Assembly: GCA_963675665.1 (NCBI GenBank)
Contig: OY776510.1
Location: 2,336,001 to 2,400,000 of the forward strand
DNA: 64,000 nucleotides
DNA from: Spirochaetia bacterium
GTDB lineage: Bacteria; Spirochaetota; Spirochaetia; UBA9216
Direction: 5' to 3'
Of the stretch, positions 57,524-64,000 are shown piece after piece (within the stretch, counting starts at the first letter, position 1; every line of letters begins with the position of its first letter). Both the position numbers and the translations under genes were made by a program. The notes under the pieces were generated by a model. That model saw only the letters and a list, made by a program, of their open reading frames with translations. It was not told the DNA's origin and searched no databases.

Positions 57524-58393
57524 ATGAAAAACCACATTGAAGACTATAGGCATTTCGGGAAATGTATTTGCCTCACCAACGAGTTTATTGAGTTGAAAAT
57601 TCCGTTGTCGTTCGGAATAAGGATAATATATTGTTCTTTGAAAGGGGAAAGAAATATCTTTTATGAGCAGCCGGTTGATGCGGATTATCTTAAGAATGAA
57701 AACGGGTGGAGAATCTACGGCGGCCATCGTCTTTGGCTGGCTCCTGAATCAGACAAAACCTATTATCCTGATAATGAAGAGATTTCGTATCATACAGGGA
57801 GTAATTCAGTCAGGTTTGAGCAACCTGCCGACAGCTATCTTGATGTGATAAAATCTCTGGAAATCAGGTTCCCGGATACTGATCCTTCGTTAATAGAACT
57901 GGAACATACGGTAAGAAACATCGGAGATAAAGATCTGTATACCGGATTATGGACTATCAGCGCTATGGCTCCAGGCTCCGTTGCCGAAATCCCGTTTTCC
58001 GGATTCGAGAGCGGTTATTCTCCCGGAAGATATATTTCATTGTGGGGCGAAACGGATTTAAGCGACCCCCGTTTTGATATTAATCCGGAGTATATAAAAT
58101 TTAAACATCTTCCTCTTGATAATTATTCCAAGATTGGTTTATGGAACCGGGACGGAACGGCTTCATGCATCACAAACGGGCAAAAACTGGATAAACGTAT
58201 TCAGGTTTTTAACGACAGGAAATATCCGGACAATAACGTCAATTTCGAGTTCTATCAGTGTCGGCATATGCTGGAGTTTGAAATTTTAAGTCCGCTGATG
58301 AATATAAAACCCGGGGAAGTCGCAACGTTTAAAGAACAATGGCAAGTCAGTCTTGCTCGTGAAAATATCCATACAGACGGAGTAAAGAAATGA
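57524..58393 (+). CDS. Hypothetical protein, DUF4380/galactose-mutarotase-like
   Basis: FGIRII, WRIYGGHRLWLAPE, YYPDN, LEFEILSP motifs. Confidence 0.65.
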   Translation: MKNHIEDYRHFGKCICLTNEFIELKIPLSFGIRIIYCSLKGERNIFYEQPVDADYLKNENGWRIYGGHRLWLAPESDKTYYPDNEEISYHTGSNSVRFEQPADSYLDVIKSLEIRFPDTDPSLIELEHTVRNIGDKDLYTGLWTISAMAPGSVAEIPFSGFESGYSPGRYISLWGETDLSDPRFDINPEYIKFKHLPLDNYSKIGLWNRDGTASCITNGQKLDKRIQVFNDRKYPDNNVNFEFYQCRHMLEFEILSPLMNIKPGEVATFKEQWQVSLARENIHTDGVKK

Positions 58394-59580
58394 AAATACA
58401 CGGAACGGGATGTTCTCTTGTAGATAATCTGTATACGCCAATTGATTTTTATTCCGATCATTACATGAAATGGCTGGCCCGTAAAGAGTTTGATGCCGGT
58501 ATTATTACCGGCGGGCTTGTGTTCGGAGATAATCTGGAAAAAGAGGCTGGTGTAAAGTACGCGGATATTATTGCAGAAATTACCGGCGACATGCAACCGC
58601 AACGCAATGTAGGCGGTCCGTCCGTTGTTGCATTGCTCCACATGTCGCAGATAACTGATATGAAGGAAGTTGAAATCTCCTATTACGGCGCCCGATCGGA
58701 TGATGAAACGGGCAAATATCTGAAAGAAAAACTGTCCCGGTTCAACATAAACATAGATAATTATATTGTTACTGATGGGAATACGCCGTTTACGGATGTC
58801 CTTTCCGATCCTTCATATAACAATAATAACGGTGAGCGTACTTTTATAAACTACATTGGTGCCGCAGGAAGAATTGCCGGCAGGGATTTGCCGGCCTCCT
58901 TTTTTGAAGCCGATATTCTGGTCTTCGGCGGTACAGCTTTGACGCCCGGGATCCATGATGATCTGAGTCAGGTTCTGAAACGCGGCCGGGATAGCGGTTG
59001 TATCAACTTTGTCAATACGGTCTATGACTTCAGAAACCAGAGAAGAAATCCCGAAAAACCCTGGCCCCTGGTGAGCAGGGAAGAAGATTTTAGACTGATC
59101 GATCTGCTGATTGCGGATAATGAGGAAGCAGTCAGAATAAGCGGAAAGCCCGATAAAAGAGAAGCCGCGCGTTTTTTTCTTTCAAAAGGGGTCCGGTCAG
59201 GAATAATAACACACGGTTCTGAAGATATTACCTGTTTCTCAAACGGGAATTTCTTCAGTGAAGAAGGCATCTTTACTATGCCGGTTTCCAGGGAAGCCGG
59301 GGCTCGAATGAAGGCGATGCCTTCCGGCAAGGCGGATACCACCGGCTGCGGGGATAATTTTGCAGGCGGCGTGTATGCGTCAGTTGTCAGGCAGCTCTCT
59401 GAATCTCCCGGGAACGTTCCTTCCCTCAGAAAAGCGGCTCTAATGGGTATTGTTTCAGGCGGCTTTGCCGGGTTGTATCTCGGAGGCGTATATTATGAGC
59501 AATACCGGAATGAAAAAGCTGAAAAACTTAAACCCCTCATTGAATCATATGGCCGGCAGACCGGAGTAAAGTATGAGTGA
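58390..59580 (+). CDS. PfkB-family carbohydrate kinase
   Basis: GERTF, DNEEA, DTTGCGDNFAGG. Confidence 0.85.
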   Translation: MKIHGTGCSLVDNLYTPIDFYSDHYMKWLARKEFDAGIITGGLVFGDNLEKEAGVKYADIIAEITGDMQPQRNVGGPSVVALLHMSQITDMKEVEISYYGARSDDETGKYLKEKLSRFNINIDNYIVTDGNTPFTDVLSDPSYNNNNGERTFINYIGAAGRIAGRDLPASFFEADILVFGGTALTPGIHDDLSQVLKRGRDSGCINFVNTVYDFRNQRRNPEKPWPLVSREEDFRLIDLLIADNEEAVRISGKPDKREAARFFLSKGVRSGIITHGSEDITCFSNGNFFSEEGIFTMPVSREAGARMKAMPSGKADTTGCGDNFAGGVYASVVRQLSESPGNVPSLRKAALMGIVSGGFAGLYLGGVYYEQYRNEKAEKLKPLIESYGRQTGVKYE

Positions 59581-60742
59581 GGCTGTTATCTTCGGTGCCG
59601 GAAATATCGGCCGTTCGTTTATAGGTAATATTTTTACCCGGGGAGGCTGGAAGGTCACTTTTATTGATGCTGATAAAAAGCTCGTGGATCTTCTGAACAA
59701 CAGAGGTTGTTATACAATAAAAGTGAAACAGAGCGGCAGAAAAGATGAAATTATTGAAGTGGCTGGAATCTCGGCTGTTCATAGCGACGACATGGAGGCG
59801 GTAATGAAGTTGCTGATCTCATGCCGAATCTGTTCAACATCTGTAGGCAAGGGCGCGCTTAAATATGTAATCCCGGTCCTGGCTGACGCAGTCAAACGGC
59901 GTCTTGAAGCCGGAGCGTTGCCGCTTGATATAATAATTGCGGAGAATATACGTGAAGGTTCGGAGTATTTCCGTAATATTTTCAAGAGTCAGGGATTGAG
60001 TGTTTTTGAGGCAGGTTTGGTAGAAACAAGTATAGGAAAGATGGTTCCCATTATGAAAACCGAAGACCTTGCTGTAGATCCGCTGGTTCTTCATGCCGAG
60101 AAATATAACACTCTGATTGTTGACAGAAACGGGTTTCTGAATGGCGTTCCGGCTTTGCCGGATATAAAAGCCGTGGACAATATCGGAGCCTGGGTGGACC
60201 GAAAGCTGTTTATTCACAATCTCGGTCATGCAGCCGCGGCATATTTCGGTTACGAAACCTGTCCCTCCAGGACCCTGATTGCAGATGTTTTGCGTGAAAA
60301 GTCTGTTTACTCAAAGGTTCGCCGGGTTATGGAAGAGGCTGCTGTTGCCCTGTTTGTTGAGTACCCGGATGATTTCACACAGGACGGGTTGAATGCTCAT
60401 ATTGAAGATTTACTGCATCGTTTTGAAAACAGGGCGCTCGGAGATACTGTGTACAGGGTAGGCCGTGATCTCGGCCGAAAGTTAAATAGAACGGACCGGG
60501 TTCTGGGGGCAGCAGCTCTCTGTATAAAGCACGGGCTACAATGCAGTAATATTCTTGATGTGTTTCACGCTGCCCTGTCTTTTGGGGCCGTAGGCCCTGA
60601 CGGTTTGATGTTCGAAGCAGACCGGGTTTTTACGTCAGCCTTGAAGAAGCATGGAGTAGAATGGGTGATTAAAAATAAATTGGGGATTGGCTCTGAAGAC
60701 GGACAGTTATTAAAACTGTTGCTTGATGTGTGCGGTGTGTGA
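59573..60742 (+). CDS. mtlD: Mannitol-1-phosphate 5-dehydrogenase-like protein
   Basis: IFGAGNIGRSFIG, IAEN, GKMVP, RKLFIHNLGHA, RFENRALGDTVYRVGRD. Confidence 0.8.
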   Translation: MSEAVIFGAGNIGRSFIGNIFTRGGWKVTFIDADKKLVDLLNNRGCYTIKVKQSGRKDEIIEVAGISAVHSDDMEAVMKLLISCRICSTSVGKGALKYVIPVLADAVKRRLEAGALPLDIIIAENIREGSEYFRNIFKSQGLSVFEAGLVETSIGKMVPIMKTEDLAVDPLVLHAEKYNTLIVDRNGFLNGVPALPDIKAVDNIGAWVDRKLFIHNLGHAAAAYFGYETCPSRTLIADVLREKSVYSKVRRVMEEAAVALFVEYPDDFTQDGLNAHIEDLLHRFENRALGDTVYRVGRDLGRKLNRTDRVLGAAALCIKHGLQCSNILDVFHAALSFGAVGPDGLMFEADRVFTSALKKHGVEWVIKNKLGIGSEDGQLLKLLLDVCGV

Positions 60743-60753
60743 GTACAGGGTTA

Positions 60754-61758
60754 TTATTTTCGCGGAGGAGCTGTGCTTTCCCTGATAATTAATTCACAAT
60801 GAGGTATTGTCACCGAATCACATTCTTCTCCGTTTAGAATCCGTTTTAACAGCTCAATTCCCATTTTCCCGATTGTCTGTATGTTGACTCTTACTGTAGT
60901 AAGGGCCGGAATAAGGAATCTGGAAACATTAATATCATCGATACCTATTACCGATATATCATTCGGGACATTGATTCCTTTTGAATGCAAATATTTAATT
61001 GCATGTATCGCATATGAATCGGTTGTACAAAACAAAGCCGTAGGATATTTCTCACCGGATAATGCGTGATCAATACATTTATAGAGTGAGTCCTCATTAT
61101 GAACGCTGATCTGAATCCGGTTCATACTCAATGTTAGCCCGAATTCAGTAGTGGCATTCTGGAAGCCGGAAAATGTAAGCACATCGAATTCATTTTGCTG
61201 TTCATTTCCGATATAGGCGATATCGCTATGGCCGATATCTATAAGATATTTTGTTGCAGTATATGCCGCCTCCGTATAATCAACATGCACGGCATTCTTT
61301 GTTACTTCCTTGCGGCTGCAGTCGAGAACAAGCATGGGGACTTCAAGCTTTTTCAACTCCGGGAGAATCTCCTTGTCGACATCTCCGTAAGTTATTATTA
61401 CGTCCAAATCCGGGGAGCGCAAGATGTCTGAAAAGATTAATTTATCGTCTTTATAATGTGTGGATGCAATAATGAAATTATACGGAAGCTGTTCGCATTC
61501 CTGAATAATATTAGTATTGAGTTCGGTGTAGAACTGACGGTCCAGCGCCGAGATATTATTTCTGAAGAGTATGGCAATGTTGGAACGGGTATTATTTGCC
61601 TTTGACAAAGGATACAGGTATCCGGTATCTTCAATCACTTTCAATATCCTTTTTCGGGTTTCTTCACTAATTCCCGGGCGATTATTGATAGCAAATGATA
61701 CTGCCGCTTTTGAGACATTGGCCAGTTTTGCTATATCGTTAATTGTTACATTAGCCAT
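60754..61758 (-). CDS. LacI-family transcriptional regulator
   Basis: TINDIAKLANVSKAAVSFAIN, VPNDISVIGIDD, PALTTV, LIIRES. Confidence 0.95.
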   Translation of the reverse strand: MANVTINDIAKLANVSKAAVSFAINNRPGISEETRKRILKVIEDTGYLYPLSKANNTRSNIAILFRNNISALDRQFYTELNTNIIQECEQLPYNFIIASTHYKDDKLIFSDILRSPDLDVIITYGDVDKEILPELKKLEVPMLVLDCSRKEVTKNAVHVDYTEAAYTATKYLIDIGHSDIAYIGNEQQNEFDVLTFSGFQNATTEFGLTLSMNRIQISVHNEDSLYKCIDHALSGEKYPTALFCTTDSYAIHAIKYLHSKGINVPNDISVIGIDDINVSRFLIPALTTVRVNIQTIGKMGIELLKRILNGEECDSVTIPHCELIIRESTAPPRK

Positions 61759-61808
61759 TCTTTTAACATCCTTTAATTCAAAACTGATATAATCATACTA
61801 CATAAAAC

Positions 61809-61997
61809 TAAACTTGTTAAGTAGATAATGTATTATTTAGTATATTCTTTAATATTAAATCTGTTATTTTGCTTATATCTCCTATAAAGTGTTTATGATA
61901 TAAGGAAATATTAATAATTATTTTTTTTCTTTACAAAAATCAATTATAATCATATACTAAACCATACATTAAACAACTTAACAGATAAGTTTGTTAA
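61809..61997. promoter_or_regulatory. Divergent promoter region with candidate operators
   Basis: TTTACA-17-TATACT (61930-61958) towards the SBP gene; repeated TAAACTTGTTAA (61809) and TAAGTTTGTTAA (61986). Confidence 0.45.
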
Positions 61998-62034
61998 TGT
62001 AAAACAATATTTTTTACTGTAAAGGAGTCAAAAG

Positions 62035-63105
62035 ATGAAAAGAGGTTTGAGTTTCATAATGTTGCTGGCGTTGGTGTGTAGTCTTGCTTTCAGCGGAGGA
62101 CAGCAGGAACAGGCTGATGCGGTTACGGTCGCTATAATGATGCCCACAAAAGAACAGCCGATATGGTCTGCTCAGGGAGAACTTATTAAAGAGCAGATGG
62201 AAGCGAAGGGTTATAAAACAATTCTTGAATTTGCTGAAGATATTGCTGAACTTCAGTTGTCGCAGGTGGAAAATGCAATAACAAGGGGCGCTGATTATCT
62301 GATTATGGGTTCGGTGGATTCGTATGCTGTAACAGATACGGTTCAGAAGGCCCGCGAGGCAGGTGTTGCTGTAATTGCCTCCGACCGGCTTATTATGAAT
62401 ACTGAGGCTGTTGATTATTATGTTACTTTCGATCTCTTCAGGCTGGGTGAACTACAGGGCGAATATATTGTAAGCGCTCTCGGTCTGGATAAGGGCGAAA
62501 AAGGGCCCTTCAATCTGGAAATCTTTTCCGGCAGCCCGGATGATCCGAACAGTATTCCTTTTTATGAAGGAGCAATGAGCAAACTTCAGCCTTTCCTTGA
62601 TAAGGGATCTCTGATTGTAAAAAGCGGCCAGACAGGTCTGGATGTTACCGGAACCTTGAAATGGGACGGCTCCAAGGCTCAGTCCCGGCTGGATAATATA
62701 ATAGGTGCATACTACACGGATTCAAAGATCGATGCTGTGCTGGCGGCTGCTGATTGTCTTGCTATGGGTGTCATTTCTTCGTTATCATCATTTGGTTACG
62801 GTAAAAGTGACGATTTGCCGTTTCCGGTTGTTGTAGGGCAGGATTGTGAAATACCGGCTATCAAATCCATAATCGCAGGAGAGCAGTCGATGTCTGTTTT
62901 TCTGGACCAGTTTGTTCTTTCAGAGAAGATGGCAAACCTGGTTGCAGCTCTCGAAGCCGGCGAACCGGTTGTTCCTGATACAAAATATAACAATAATGTT
63001 TTTGATGTTCCGACTCTCCTCTATGAACCAGTGCTTGTAGATATTAATAATTACGATCTTCTGATAGAGAGAGGATTCTATACAAGAGAAGATCTGGGAC
63101 TTTAA
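62035..63105 (+). CDS. Multiple-monosaccharide ABC transporter substrate-binding protein (ChvE/SbpA-like)
   Basis: MPTK, QLSQVENAI, SDRLIMNTEAVDYYVTFD, PFNLEIFSGSPDD, GQDCE. Confidence 0.9.
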   Translation: MKRGLSFIMLLALVCSLAFSGGQQEQADAVTVAIMMPTKEQPIWSAQGELIKEQMEAKGYKTILEFAEDIAELQLSQVENAITRGADYLIMGSVDSYAVTDTVQKAREAGVAVIASDRLIMNTEAVDYYVTFDLFRLGELQGEYIVSALGLDKGEKGPFNLEIFSGSPDDPNSIPFYEGAMSKLQPFLDKGSLIVKSGQTGLDVTGTLKWDGSKAQSRLDNIIGAYYTDSKIDAVLAAADCLAMGVISSLSSFGYGKSDDLPFPVVVGQDCEIPAIKSIIAGEQSMSVFLDQFVLSEKMANLVAALEAGEPVVPDTKYNNNVFDVPTLLYEPVLVDINNYDLLIERGFYTREDLGL

Positions 63106-63118
63106 TATTTACGGCGGG

Positions 63119-63156
63119 TCAGCCTGACCCTCGTCCTGATGATGAGGGTCGGCTGA
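63119..63156 (+). terminator. Intercistronic stem-loop after the SBP gene
   Basis: TCAGCCTGACCCTCGTC...GATGAGGGTCGGCTGA. Confidence 0.55.
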
Positions 63157-63177
63157 ATCGTGATTAAGGAGAGCGCT

Positions 63178-64000
63178 GTGAGCGAAGATATTATTCTTGA
63201 GATGCGAGAAATAACAAAAACATTTTCCGGAGTAAAAGCTCTTGAAGAAGTATTCCTGTCGGTATGTAATGGCGAGATCCATGCCCTGGTTGGTGAGAAC
63301 GGAGCCGGGAAATCAACTTTAATGAATGTTCTAAGCGGTGTTTTTGCCTATGGAAACTATACAGGAGAGATTTTTTTCAACGGAGAGCTGTGTAAGTTTA
63401 AATCAATAAAACAGAGTGAAGCCAAAGGTATAGCTATTATCCACCAGGAGTTGGCTCTGTCTCCATATTTGTCTATTGCGGAGAATATTTTTTTAGGAAA
63501 TGAGAATTCCAGATACGGCATAATGAACTGGAACACAACAACAAGAAAGACGGCGCATTTATTGCAGGAAGTTGGACTTGATGAGAACCCGGAAACAATA
63601 ATTACAAACATCGGGATAGGGAAACAGCAGCTTGTAGAAATTGCAAAGGCCTTATCCAAGGATGTTAAACTTTTAATCCTTGACGAGCCGACAGCCGCCC
63701 TGAATGAAACGGAGAGTGAAAATCTTCTGAATCTTCTTCTTAAGCTTAAAAATCGCGGTATTACAAGCATTTTAATATCTCACAAGCTTAATGAGGTTGT
63801 TAAGGTCGCTGATGCGATAACAGTTCTGAGAGATGGGAAAACAATAGAGACGCTTAGGGCCGGGGTTCATTCTATTGATGAAGACAGGATTATCAGGGGA
63901 ATGGTCGGTCGGGAATTAACAGATCGTTTTCCCGAAAGAATTTCGGAAGTCGGCTCTACCGTTTTTCAGGTAAGGAACTGGACCGCATATCATCCTCAGC
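63178..64000 (+). CDS. Multiple-monosaccharide ABC transporter ATP-binding protein (MmsA/GguA-like), 3'-truncated by window edge
   Basis: AAGGAG SD and GTG start; [32 protein letters not shown]; absent from the ORF track because it has no stop in the window. Confidence 0.92.
   Translation, partial: MSEDIILEMREITKTFSGVKALEEVFLSVCNGEIHALVGENGAGKSTLMNVLSGVFAYGNYTGEIFFNGELCKFKSIKQSEAKGIAIIHQELALSPYLSIAENIFLGNENSRYGIMNWNTTTRKTAHLLQEVGLDENPETIITNIGIGKQQLVEIAKALSKDVKLLILDEPTAALNETESENLLNLLLKLKNRGITSILISHKLNEVVKVADAITVLRDGKTIETLRAGVHSIDEDRIIRGMVGRELTDRFPERISEVGSTVFQVRNWTAYHPQ

Noticed and set aside
1-64000. CRISPR arrays, IS or integrase genes, prophage, tRNA and rRNA
   Set aside because: No regularly spaced repeats, transposase, integrase or phage motifs, or structural RNA signatures seen by eye.

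Overview
Bacterial chromosomal window, most likely from a free-living Spirochaetia (inferred from spirochaete-style solute-binding-protein signal peptides such as FASGEQES and AFSGGQQE, many lipoproteins, and FecR/OmpA/TolC genes). I see no rRNA, tRNA, CRISPR array or intact mobile element. Contents in order: an AT-rich sugar-catabolism block (uxuA, two SDRs, two CUT2 sugar ABC transporters); an Fpg/Nei-like gene and asd; MATE and redox genes; a MacAB-TolC-type efflux operon divergent from an OmpR-family two-component system; an MCP; a FecR/lipoprotein operon; an internally deleted GGDEF pseudogene; a cobalamin-riboswitch-controlled B12 capture locus resembling Bacteroidetes Btu loci, with convergent exbBD; a GlpA-like oxidoreductase operon ending in a steroid 5-alpha-reductase homologue; a PLP enzyme/DUF1611/dipeptide epimerase operon; and a xylose-isomerase-like sugar operon with a ChvE-type ABC transporter. 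Most notable observation: an unannotated ~90-nt sRNA candidate on the minus strand (~13029-12937; 5' hairpin, anti-Shine-Dalgarno/anti-AUG seed, strong terminator). Its upstream 41 bp match the efflux operon promoter 12.6 kb away at 33/41 positions without gaps, with the same GTAAA repeat spacing and the same -10 position. This suggests an envelope-stress regulon made of the two-component system, the efflux pump and a translation-blocking sRNA.
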